NCBI GenBank assembly: GCA_043228905.1
Contig: JBHGNT010000016.1
Coordinates: 12,338,001-12,402,000 of the forward strand
From: Azolla caroliniana
Lineage: Eukaryota; Plantae; Polypodiophyta
Length of the DNA: 64,000 bases
Direction: 5' to 3'
The position numbers and the translations under genes were made by a program. How positions within the stretch are numbered: position 1 is the first letter of the stretch; every line of letters starts with the position of its first letter. Under the pieces are notes generated by a model that searched no databases, had not been told where the DNA came from, and was given only the letters and a program-made list of their open reading frames with translations. Positions 35,601 through 47,178 of this stretch are shown piece by piece.

Positions 35601-38569
35601 CCCAACTCGAGGAGGTGGACCTCGACACAGCAGACAAGCCCCGACCGGTAAATGTTGCAAAGGAATTTCCGAAGGAAAAAAAGAAGGCAATGGTAGCATT
35701 ATTAACAGACTTCAAGGATGTGTTCGCGTGGTCGTACGAAGACATGCGAGGGCTGGACCCCCAGCTCTATCAACACCAAATTCACCTAAGTACGGACGCG
35801 AAACCGATTGCTCAACGCAGGTACCGGATGAATCCAAATTATGCGGCAAAGGTGAAGGAGGAAATTGATAAGCTGCTCCGGGTCGGACTTATCCGACCGG
35901 TCAAGCAGGCAACCTGGTTGAGTCCGATAGTGGTGGTCCCGAAAAAGAACGGAAAAATCCGGGTATGCGTGGACTACCGAAAACTAAATGCCGCAACAGT
36001 GACCGATGCGTTTCCACTACCATTTACGGACGGGGTGTTAGATGTGGTAGCCGGCCACGAAGTTTACAGCTTCCTGGACGGATTTAGCGGCTACAACCAA
36101 ATACGAATGAACCCGTCCGACCAAGAGAAGACAGCGTTCGTGACGGAATGGGGAGTGTTCGTCGCGGTCGTGATGATGTTCGGACTAAAGACGGCCCCAG
36201 CGACCTTTCAAAGGATAATAATGGAAATTTTTGGGGAATATATCCCCGGTTTTATGCAGGTCTTCCTTGACGATTTCGCGGTCTACAGCCGGCACGGAGA
36301 GCATCTCGATCACCTCCGGCTGTGCTTGGAGAAGTGCCGCGAGTACCGATTGAGCCTGAACCCGGCCAAGTGCGTCTTTGGAGTGGCAAGCGGCAACTTA
36401 CTAGGGCACGTGGTGAGTAAGGAAGGAATCGTGGTAGATCCGGATAAAGTCAAGGCGATTCTCGAGGCACCAGCACCAAGTAACGCAAAGGCTTTAAGCC
36501 GGTTCCTGGGCCAAATAAGGTGGCATAGCCGGATGATACGGCACCTCGCAGACTTCGCTACACCGTTACATACCGCCGTACATAGGGTACCCTTCCTATG
36601 GGCGGAGACAGAGGAGGAATCCTACAAAGCGTTGAAGGTTATGCTGTCGCAAGCTCCGGTGGTGCAACCGCCGGATTGGAGGAAAAGCTTTCACGTCTTC
36701 GTCGACGCATCGGACGTAGCAATCGGCAGCGTTCTGATGCAACTCACGGAGCCGAAATGGTACAGACCGGTGTACTACGCAAGCCGGAAACTCTCAAAAG
36801 CCGAACGGAATTACTCTACGACGGAACGCGAGGCATTGGGAATGGTGTATAGTGTCACAAAGTACAGGCACTATCTGCTCGGAAGGAAGTTTTCCTTCCA
36901 TGTCGACCATTCGGCACTACTCTACCTGGTCTCGAAGGCATCCCTGACGGGAAAAATTGCACGGTGGACACTGCTGCTACAGGAATTTGAATTCGACATT
37001 TTCCACCGACCCGGGGCGCAGCATGCGGTAGCGGACTACCTAAGCAGACTCGAATCCGGAGAAGCAGGGGACAGCGTACAGGATGAGTTCCCCGACGCCG
37101 AGTTGTTCCGAATCACGACGGAACCGGCAACGGATGCAACGGTAGCCGATGAAGACAAGTGGCTAACCGAGATGTATCAGTTCCTGAGCACCGGAGTACC
37201 CCCGGAGAACATGGACCGCGATGAAAGGAAAAGGGTAGCAGTAAGAAGCAGACATTTCTGCTTGGTTGGAGACACCCTCTATCACAAGGGGGCAGATGGC
37301 ATCTGGAGACGAGCAGTGCGGAGCGATGAGAAAGATCTAATCCTCAGGGAAGCCCACTGTGGAATTGCCGGCGGGCATTATGCCGGGGACGCAACCGCTC
37401 GGAAAATATGGCAGAGCGGACTGTGGTGGCCGACCACCCTAAAAGATGCCGTGAAGTATAGCAGAGAATGCGATTTGTGTCAACGACTGGGCCAACCCAC
37501 AGAGCAGGCCCGGATGCCACACCACCCGGTCTTGCCCTTGGAACCGTTTCAAAAGTGGGGGTTGGACTTTGTCGGTCCCTTTAAACCACCGGCAATGCGA
37601 ACCGGAAATCGGTATGTCATAGTGGCAACCGACTATTGCACCAAATGGGTAGAAGCAAAGGCCTTACGGGACAACACGGCCGCGTCCACGGCAAAGTTCC
37701 TATACGAGTGCATATGGTGCCGGTATGGTTGCCCGATCGAACTTATAAGTGACCAAGGAGGGCATTTTCTCGGGCAGGTAGTAGAAAGCCCGACGTCATT
37801 TTACGCGGTGGTACATAAAAGGAGTACACCCTACTACCCTCAAGCCAATGGACTAGCGGAATCAACGAACAAAACTCTGCAAAACATCCTACGAAAAATC
37901 GTCAACGAGAACCGGACCGACTGGGATACGAAATTGCAAAGCGCGCTATGGGCGTACCGAACAACGTACAAAACCAGCATCCGGACAACCTCGTTCCGAC
38001 TAGCATTCGGGTTAGAAGCGGTCATGCCGGTAGAGTTCCAGATCCCCAGCTTACGGATTCAGGTGAAGGAGCGCTTAAGTGAGAATGAGTCCGAACGAAT
38101 CCGGCTGGCGACGTTGTTGGAATTAGAAGAAAACCGAATAGCCAGCTTACTACAACTCGAACTAGAGCAAAGGAGGAGAAAAGCTTTCGTGGACCGACAC
38201 CGGCGTGGCAATGAAAAGGAGTTCGAAGTCGGGAAACCGGTGCTACTATTCCAGACACGAATGGGGAACATGCCGGGAAAGTTGCGGTTTCGATGGACCG
38301 GACCGTTCTGGATCACCAAGGAGTACAATGGGTCGTATCAGCTCGGCACATTGTCTGGAGAGGTCATCGGCAAGTGGGCAAATGGATTTCGGCTAAAGCC
38401 GTATAAGGGAAATATGCCAGCCAACCCGTTCACGCAAAACCCGGAAATCCGACAGACGGACGCTGCTGAAGATATTCGGACCGAGGAAGAACCGACACCG
38501 ATACTGACAAAGACTATCCCGGAAACCCAACAGAAGGACCCGAACAAATCGGGGGGGACCAGCAAATGA
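32650..38569 (+). CDS. Gypsy-F gag-pol polyprotein (Gag, CCHC knuckle, protease, RT, RNase H, integrase) with one frameshift near 33335
   Basis: The 1748-aa ORF 33323-38569 has CYYCRKEGHYSNQC, IIDGGSG, FLDDF, FVDASD, HHCC, GLDF/SDQG/GLAES and WTGPF, and no chromodomain. The Gag N-terminus is in ORF 32566-33540. Confidence 0.93.
33086..33228 (+). repeat. 36-bp coding tandem repeat (about 4 copies, EEPKERIPTTPA) in Gypsy-F gag
   Basis: Repeated GGAACCGAAGGAGCGGATACCGACAACACCCGCGGA units. Confidence 0.9.
34080..34331 (+). repeat. 126-bp tandem duplication encoding an R/D/E-rich segment in Gypsy-F gag
   Basis: YxDRRRDNYDREERRxDSYPRDRYDRDESPExxRRREERRQG occurs twice. Confidence 0.9.
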
Positions 38570-38796
38570 CGGGGTCCAAACAAAGGAAGGAAGAAGAAGA
38601 AGAAAAAAAAAAAAAAGAAGAAGAAGTGGGCAAAATCGACGCGAATCGTAGTAATGATAGGGAGATCACAAGAGGTGGGAGCGCCACCATGCAACGAAGA
38701 GGCGCCATGCATTAAAGAAGGATGTGCGCGTACTTGCTATTTAAAGCATGGAACGTGGGCAGTCACACGCGGCAAACAAGAAAGGACTTACTAATT

Positions 38797-40834
38797 ATGG
38801 CGGGAGAGGAACATGCACGGGAAACGAAAAAGGGCGGCTCGAGGCAAAAGCCACTATATAAGACACAGGCCTGCGAAGGTCTCACTTTTTACGAATTTTC
38901 CTACATACAGGCGCAGAAGCATAGAAGAGCGATCCGACGCACAGAGCACACACAGCGCGATCCCGAACAACAAGCAGCAGAAGAAGAATTCGAAACAATG
39001 GTACTGTCGGAAGAGGCATGCCAATGGATGAGGGAGAACGGGTTAAAAGGATTGTTGCGGATCGCCGACACTCCACCACACGCAGAACATGAGCAGGCGG
39101 CAGCATCGATCGATATATCAGAAGTCACGGAAGGAGCGGTGCAGGCGCTCACAGGGATAAAAGCAGGAGGACTTCAAACAATCGAAAACCCTTCCAGTGA
39201 AATCCTGTTCGAATATTTCGGGGAGTACTCTATCAGCAGCAAGGCGTACCGAACGCAAGGCGGAGAGAACCTGTTGTTCGGAGAAGTGGCCCGCGCTATG
39301 ATGGAATACGGATTCGTAAATCCCCGTCCCCCAGCCATAGCCAAGTACCGGGCAGCGTTCTTAATAGCAGCGTACGAAGGCTTACAAATAGACTGGCTCC
39401 ATTTCATAACCGAAGGATTGAAGGAGGCCATCAAAAATCTTGTGGAAGGAAAAAAGCCATGGGCCGGGATAGCACAATTGCTAACGGTGTTAGTCCCACC
39501 GGTGCTCCCCATCACACAAAAGAAAAGAGGTCGGCAGGAGACGACGCCGAAAAAGGTCACAAAGCGCCGACAGATCTTGGAGAAACACACCCTCGGATGG
39601 ACCCAGCAAGAAGCAGAACAGCAGGAGGAAGGACCATCCCGACAGCAACAGGAACCGGCAACAAAGGCAAAACCGGCAGGTAAAGGCAAAGGGAAATCGG
39701 CCGAGGAGGAACCGGTAGCGCGCAAACCAATCCATATAACGTTGCGACGGCCGGAACCGAAACCAGAGGACTTTATACAAAAGGTCCGTCTGGTAACCGC
39801 ACCGGAGGAGGAAGCTGAAACAGAAGACTCATCCGAACCACTGGTAAGACTCCCAGCAAGACAAGGTCGGGAGAAACGGGCGAAAGGACCGGCTCCACCA
39901 GTGGACAGAACTCAGCAGAGGGCGCAAGGACCATCTCCAGTAGCCGAGGCGGAAACAGCACCGGAACCCGTACCGAGGAAAGCAGCACCGACACCGGTTG
40001 GGCCGAACTTCAGAGAACCGGTCATCCCAGAGAAGAAGGAACAAGCGCCGGAGCCGGAGCCAGAGAAGAGGCCGGAAAAACAGCCTGAGTTAAGTGAGCA
40101 AGGCCACCCCGACACAGGAAGAACAAAGCCACAATGGCTGAGATGGCTTTCGGAGCAGTTATCGGGAGTAGCGGACCAGTTAGAAAAAGAAGAAACGTGT
40201 AGGCAACAGCTGACGCATACAACAACTCAGGAGTTGGTCGCGCTCCGAACACAGATCGAGGAAATGCAAGGGGAGCTGTTGCAGGCAAGGGAAGAAATTT
40301 AACAAGCACAAGTTGTCACCGAGCCGGTCAGGACAACAAGGAAGCAACCGGAACCGGAACCGGAACCGGTAGCCTTGCAAACTGGCCCTGAGACCGAAAA
40401 AATAATAGAAACCTTACGAGAGGAGTTAAAAGCTCAGGAGGCATTAAGGGAAAGAGAAAGGGAGCAGCGGAAAGCGGTGGAGGATGACAGACGAAAAATG
40501 GAAGAAGGCCTCCAGAAAGGTCGAGCCGCTAATGACCGACTGCAAGAAGAAAAAGAGAAGCTGCAAAAGGAGAAGGACCGACTACGTCGACAGGCCGAGC
40601 AAGAGATAGAACGACTGCAGGAAGAACTCCGACAACAGAAGGACCGGGACGATCGGTTAAGAGCTCAGGCAAACCGACGCCTGAAGCAGAAGACGGAGGA
40701 CTTCGACCATCTCTACCGAGATCACAAGCAGGCCGAGTCAGACAACAAAAAACGGGCAGCAGACTACGACCGGCAAATAGAGAAGCTGAAAGAACAGCTC
40801 AAAGAGTGTGCTCGATATTTTGGAGGAACACTGA
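38797..40834 (+). pseudogene. Extra sense-strand ORF of Gypsy-F downstream of pol (globular N-domain, P/E-rich linker, coiled coil)
   Basis: ORFs 38722-40302 and 40375-40953 are in the same frame, separated by one TAA. They are homologous to the Gypsy-E extra ORF. The original end VLDILEEH* (TGA 40832-40834) is out of frame after an internal deletion. Confidence 0.8.
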
Positions 40835-40842
40835 GGCCGGGA

Positions 40843-40882
40843 GTGGATTCGAAGTGCAAGGCACTTTCCCACGGGCGTGCCA
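40843..40882 (+). other. tRNA-3'-end-like motif replacing the PPT in Gypsy-F
   Basis: GTGGATTCGA-agtgcaaggcact-TTCCCACGGGCGTGCCA, then TG, then the LTR at 40885. Confidence 0.85.
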
Positions 40883-42105
40883 TGTGTTGGCCGGTCAGAA
40901 GAGCAAGGACAAGTGGGAAGGCGGAATCGGATCGGATAATAGGAAGTAAATAATAGCAGAATTATTATTCGGAGGGACGGATCCGGTACAGTTGTACCGA
41001 TCCGGATCCGGACCGATTCGGATGTCGGTTGCCTAAGCGCACCGATTGTAACCTTGCCGGATGCCTATAAAAGGATCCGATGATTTGTAAAGGGATTTTT
41101 TAACGGAAGTAATACAAAAGTAATTATTGCGTGTTTATCTGTATCCCGTATTGTTTACCGTCTGTGCTTAATTGTAATCATCTTACGCGTGTAACCTAGC
41201 ATCCAATCCTTACCACCCCTTTGGAGAAGTGTCGGATAGACACCTGTGTTGAGGCTAGTCCGGCCAGACAGACAACAGCCGGACAACAGCCTAACACAGG
41301 GTGTCCACTTAAGACACGTCACCAAAGAGTGGTACGGCAGAATGACTTACGGCACAACGCTTAATTAGACCTTAATCGATTACTTAGCCATCCGTAATTA
41401 ACACGCGTAAGATATAACAATGAATACAGAACGGTAATCAACACTAGAAGATTAAGACAATAAGCTTTATTAATTATCCGCTCCTGATTACATTGTAATC
41501 GAGCCTTTATATAGGTCTCCGGTGCAAAATACAAAACGGTTGCAACCGGCACCTTTACGGGATCGTTCCAGATCCGGATCGGCATACCGATTCCAGTCCG
41601 TCCGTCCACATCTTCTTATATAATAATATATATATATTAAAACTACTAATTACAACAGTTCCCGAATAACTATTCCTTTCACACTCTGGTTTGGACCTCC
41701 TTAAGCCTTCTTGCCTGCCGGTAACATCCACTCCCTTCCGGGGAATCCATCTCATCCTACATGGCACTGAACCACTTGCGGTTGTGGGTGTCTCTCTTTG
41801 CTTCTTTGAAGCTTTCCGGCTCCCCCTCATCGGTTAGCAATACGTGCTCTACATCCGGAAATCTCCAGGGGGCTCTTCTCTCTTGGAGAGGATATCTCCG
41901 TCCCTGGTTTCTAACTGTCGGTTCCTCCGTTTGTTCCTAATTCGAATCCGATTCGAAATCTTGTCTGGTTCCGGTATCTTCTTCTTCTTCTTCTTCGGTC
42001 GGCTCAGTTTCTTGTCTGTATCCAACCGGTTCGTCGAGTGTCGTCCGGTTTTCAACTAGGTATATCCTTGTGTCCTCAAGCCAGTTTTCATTGGATGATC
42101 TGTAG

Positions 42106-45100
42106 TGTTAGGAAATAGGTCCCTCCAGATGGGAAGTGAGAAGAACCGTGTTGATGAACAACTTGGCCGAGGCCGAAACCGGAAATCGTGGAGATAGCCA
42201 ACACGGAAGGCTAAACTTGTAAATAGTCGAAAGGTTACATTAGTATATAAGTACTTAGGGCAATCATGTTAGATGGGTGTGTATTATTGTAAAGTTACTG
42301 TTGTCGGGGTTGTGGTCTCTGTAACAATGAGAGTGACCGAGTGTGAGTGGAAGCATGTGAATTCCATAGCCGCCTGTTGGCGAAGCAGGATCTCTAGGTC
42401 GTTGCCTCTGAGATATCTGATTGTATTTCTTTCTCTCATAGTGTTCTGTTTTGGAGTTTGTGGACTCCACGTGGTTTTTCCCCAGTTCGGGTTTCCACGT
42501 TAAAATTTGTATCATTCTCAGTTTTTATATTCTGATTTTCCTCTCCATTAGATTGACTATTATTCCGCACACGCAAACCGGTTGTGGCCGGCAATGATTT
42601 TAACTTTAAACCGGTATCAGAGCGAAACGACACAGAAAAATGGACGATTTGTTGGGAGGCATGTTCAAGCTCACTAGTTCCAACTATTCAGTGTGGAAGT
42701 CGAAGATGAGGGACATGCTCGTGGTTAAAGATCTTTGGTTGCCGGTTCAGTTCAGGGAGGTGATGCACATGAAGACAACGGCGTACATACGGTGCTTCAT
42801 CGACATGAGTCTATACAACAACTTGAATGAAGAGAGCAAGGCTCATGAGCTCTGGCAGAAGATCGACATCATGTTTCAGAACAAAAATCCTATTAATCAG
42901 GTTTCAGTATTTCGGAAGCTAGTAAGACTCTGGTACCAAGATGGCTCTAACATGGCAGATCACATGAATGCCTTCCAGGGGCTGATACACCAGGCAACAT
43001 CATTAGAAGTACCTCTCGCCGATGAGGTACTAGCACTACTCCTACTCAGTTCCCTTCCAGATAGTTGGGAGACGTTGGTCGTCACTTTGGGCAACGTCGG
43101 GCCGGAAGGGAAACGGTTATCCCTAGCAAGAGTGAAGTCGAGCTTGCTAGATGAGGAGGCGCGTTGGAAAGATAAGGATACGAGCTCCGACTCCAAAGCG
43201 CTCCTTACCGAGTCAGAACGTGGAAGGCAAAGGAGCCGTAGTCCCCAAAACCGGGAAAAGTCGGGGACACGGTCAAAGTCAATGGGGAGGCCTACTTGCT
43301 TCTATTGCGGCAAGCTGGGACACTTCCAGAAGAACTGTCGGCACTTCCGAAAAGACAAGGAAACCGACAATACCAATTCGAAGCGGACACCGGACCGGAA
43401 CGGTAAAGACCGGAGGGGGCCGGACCGGAAGGGAACGACAGCAATCGCGGCAAGTGAAGAAGAGTTGATGCTCATCACCGAGGAGAGTGAGTTGAACCTT
43501 GCCGGCGACGAGACAACGTGGGTTGTCGATTCCGGATCGTCGTTCCACCTTACCCCGAACCGGAAATGTTTATCATCCTACTCAGCCGATGATCACGGCT
43601 ATGTCCGGATGGGGAATGAAGGCACATGCTGAATTGTCAACATAGGAGACATGTGGTTGACAACACCAACCGGATGCAAGCTGTTGTTAAAGGATGTCCG
43701 ACACGTTCCGGAGGTTCGACTGAACCTGATATCAACCGGTCGGCTAGATGATGAAGGCTACATGGGTAGCATCCGGAACGGAGTCATGAAATTCAACAAA
43801 GGGAACCTGATAGTGGCTCGGGCCCGGAAGGTCAACACGTTGTACCTGATGAATGCACGGTTATGCCCGGAAGAAGTGAACGTGGCTTCCGACACTGCTG
43901 GTGAGCTGTGGCACAAGAGACTGTGTCACATGAGCATGAAGGGGATGAAGAGGCTTGCCGATGACAACCTCATTCAAGTGAAGAACGTGCATCTTGAGAG
44001 GTGCACCGACTGCCTAGCCGGTAAACAAAACCAAACCTACTTTCGATCGAGGCCACCGATGAGACGTAATGCACCACTAGAGTTGGTGCATACTGATGTG
44101 TGTCAAGTGGACACGAAGTCACATGCCGGATCGCAGTACTTCGTGACGTTCATAGATGACCACAGCCAGAAGCTATGGGCCACACCATTGAAGACGAAGG
44201 ATCAGGTGCAATCCGTCTTCAAAGAGCTCCACGCGAGAGTGGAAAGAGAAACCGGCCAGAAGATGAAGGCGGTTCGAGCAGATAACAGAGGAGAATATTG
44301 GGGGCAGTTCGAGGAGTACTGTCGCTCGAAGGCAATCCGGCTCGAATTTACCGTGCCGAAGACGCCGGAACTAAACAGGTTGGCCGAGAGGATGAACCGG
44401 ACCATAATGGAGAGGGTATGCAAAATTACCCAAGACGTTTTGGGCTGAGGCATTGTCGACGGCGACATATGTGATAAACAGATCACCCTCAGTACCCTTA
44501 GACGGAGACACGCCGCAGAGAGTCTGGACCGGTAAGGAAGTGTCCTACCGGCATCTGAAGGTATTCGGGTGTCTTACTTACGTGCATATAGCTAAGGACC
44601 GGAGAGGAAAGTTAGATCCGAAGACCCGGCCATGCATATTCCTCGGTTACGGCGACGATGAGTTTGGCTACCGAGTGTGGGACCCGGTCGACCAGAAAGT
44701 ATTCCGGAGTCGAGATATTATCTTCATGGAGGACAAGACGCTCGCCGACTGGGAGTCGGAGAAGAAGATAATGAACTCCGAGTGGACCGGTAAGGAAAAA
44801 TTTGATTTGATGAAATGCAGTTCCAACCAGCAAGAAGCCGGTTAGCACTCGATGAACCGGCTGGTGACGGTGAGGAGACAAAACCGGCCGAAGAAGAAGA
44901 AGGAATAGGTGAAATCGAAACTGGACAAAACCTCGAATCGGATTAGGATGAAGAGCAAAACCCCGAATCGGATTCGGATGAAGAGCAAATGGAGTCGGTT
45001 ACCGAAGCCCAAGGACGCAGATATCCTCTCAGAGAGAGAAAGGCCCCCCGGAGATTTCCGGATCCAGAGCACGTGTTACTAACTGATGAGGGGGAGCCAG

Positions 45101-47178
45101 AAAGCTTCAAGGAAGCTAAAAGTGACGCCCATAGCCGAAAATGGTTAAGTGCCATGCAGGATGAGATGGATTCCCTGCATGAGAACCATACGTACGAATT
45201 GGTGGAGTTGCCGAAAGGAAAGCAGGCATTCCGAAATAAGTGGGTGTACAAGTTGAAACCAGGAGATGCCGGCAACCCCCCGAGATACAAAGCCAGGATC
45301 GTGGTGAAGGGGTTCCAGTAGAAGAAGGGCGTGGACTTCGACGAGATATTTGCCCCGGTAGTAAAGATGACTTCCATCCGAACGGTGCTGAGTATAGCGG
45401 CAAGCATGGACCTCGAGGTAGAGCAGTTGAACGTGAAGACGGCATTCCTTCACGATGACCTCGAAGAGGAGATCTACATGCAACAACCGGAAGGATTCGT
45501 GGAGAAAGGGAAGGAGCACCTGGTTTGTCGGTTGAAGAAAATCCTATACAGACTGAAGCAGGCTCCCCGACAATGGTACCGGAAGTTCGACCCCTTCATG
45601 ACCAACCAAGGGTATCACAAAACGCAAACCGATCACTGCATGTTTGTGAAGAAGTTCGAAGGAGGTGACTTCCTGATTCTCCTTCTGTACGTGGACGACA
45701 TGTTGATCGTCGGACGGGACCAAGCCAAAATATGGATGCTGAAGAAGGCTCTCAACCGAACTTTCACAATGAAAGACTTGGGCCCGGCAAGACAAATACT
45801 GGGGATGCACATCATCCGGGACCGGTCAAAGAAACAATTGTGGCTATTACAGGAGAAATACGTGACAAAGGTGCTTCAGCGGTTCAACATGTTAGAAGCG
45901 AAACCGGTCGGATCGACACTCCCGGCAAACTGCAGATTATCCGATAAGCAAAGCCTGAAGAAGAAAACAGAGAAGGCGGATATGATGAAGGTTCCATATG
46001 CATCTGCCGTCGGGAGCTTAATGTACGCAATGATGTGTACTCGACTGGATATTGGATACGCAGTCGGAGTGGTGAGCCGGTTTATGAGCAATCCCGGCAA
46101 GGAGCACTTGAACGCAGTCAAATGGATACTCCGGTACTTGAAGGGCACTTCGAATATGTGTCTCTGATTCGGCTCTGGTAAACTTCAACTTGACAGTTTT
46201 ACCAATTCGGATATGTCGGCTGACGTGGATACCAGCTGGTCTACATCCGGGTATGTAATGACATATGCAGGGGGAGCTGTTTCGTGGTAGTCGAGGCTAC
46301 AGAAGACGGTTGCGTTGTCAACCACGGAGGCGGAGTACATGGCGGCTGTTGAAGCCGGCAAGGAAATATTATGGATGAAGGACTTCATCGGAGAGCTCGG
46401 TATTCGGCAAGATGAATATCGGCTCTATTGCGACAGTCAAAGTGCCATCCACCTTGCCAAGAACGCAGCGTACCACTCCAGGACGAAGCACATCCAGCAT
46501 AGGTATCACTGGATCCGGGAGTGAGTAGAAGATCGAGAGTTCGCGATGACGAAGATCCACACGGCCGAGAACGGGTCAAATATGCCGACCAAAGTACTGA
46601 TACCCGACAAGCTGGATGCATGTCGGAAACGGATCAGACTAGTAAGACATCCCATGCCGGAGTGAAGGAGGAGTTTGTTAGGAAACAGGTCCCTCCGGAT
46701 GGGAAGTGAGAAGAACTGTGTTAATGAGCAACTCAGCCGAGGCCAAAACCGGAAATCGTGGAGATAGCCAACACGGAAGGCTAAACTTGTAAATAGTCGA
46801 AAGGTTACATTAGTATATAAGTACTTAGGGAAATCATGTTAGATGGGTGTGTATTATTGTAAAGTTACTGTTGTCGAGGTTGTGGTCTCTGTAACGGTGA
46901 GAGTGACCGAGTGTGAGTGAAAGCGTGTGAGTTCCATAGCCGCCTGTTGGCGAAGCAGGATCTCGAGGTCGTTGCCTCTGAGATCTCTGATTGTATTTCT
47001 TTCTCTCATAGTGTTCTGTTTCGGAGTTTGTGGACTCCACGTGGTTTTTCCCCAGTTCGGGTTTCCACATTAAATTTTGTATCATTCTCAGTTTCTGTAT
47101 TCTGATTTTCCTCTCAATTAGATTGACTATTATTCCGCACACGCAAACCGGTTGTGGCCGGCAACGATTTTAACTTCA
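42106..47178 (+). mobile_element. Copia-G (Tnt1/Tork-like, related to Copia-D), full-length, pseudogenised
   Basis: LTRs 42106-42608 and 46676-47178 (503 bp); TSD TGTAG/CGTAG; PBS CGGTATCAGAGC at 42612; PPT GAGTGAAGGAGGAG at ~46660. Gag CFYCGKLGHFQKNC, PR WVVDSG, IN LVHTDVC, RT LYVDDM, RH STTEAEY. Confidence 0.97.

Larger units (their letters stand above)
32205..41277 (+). mobile_element. Gypsy-F: near-intact non-chromovirus Ty3/Gypsy element inserted in the 5' LTR of Gypsy-E
   Basis: LTRs 32205-32597 and 40885-41277 (393 bp, 8 differences counted by eye); TSD GCCGG (32200-32204 / 41278-41282); PBS TGGCGACCACGA at 32604; TATAAAA in the LTR on the + strand. Confidence 0.98.
21497..41726 (-). 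mobile_element. Gypsy-E: non-chromovirus Ty3/Gypsy element with an extra 3' ORF, pseudogenised
   Basis: TSD TCCAC (21492-21496 / 41727-41731). 3' LTR 21497-21958; 5' LTR split into 32187-32204 + 41283-41726 (462 bp each). PBS TGGCGACCACGA (minus strand, 32168-32179). Gag-pol fragments at 26289-32131 (IIDGGSG, FLDDF, FVDASD, SDQG, WTGPY). Confidence 0.96.

Noticed and set aside
34816-35745. 309-aa antisense ORF and many similar antisense ORFs in the track
   Set aside because: These are shadow ORFs of GC-rich retroelement coding sequence with no recognisable motifs.
40843-40882. Genuine tRNA gene
   Set aside because: Only the T-arm and the 3' acceptor strand are present, the T-loop is interrupted, CCA is encoded, and there is no D or anticodon arm.
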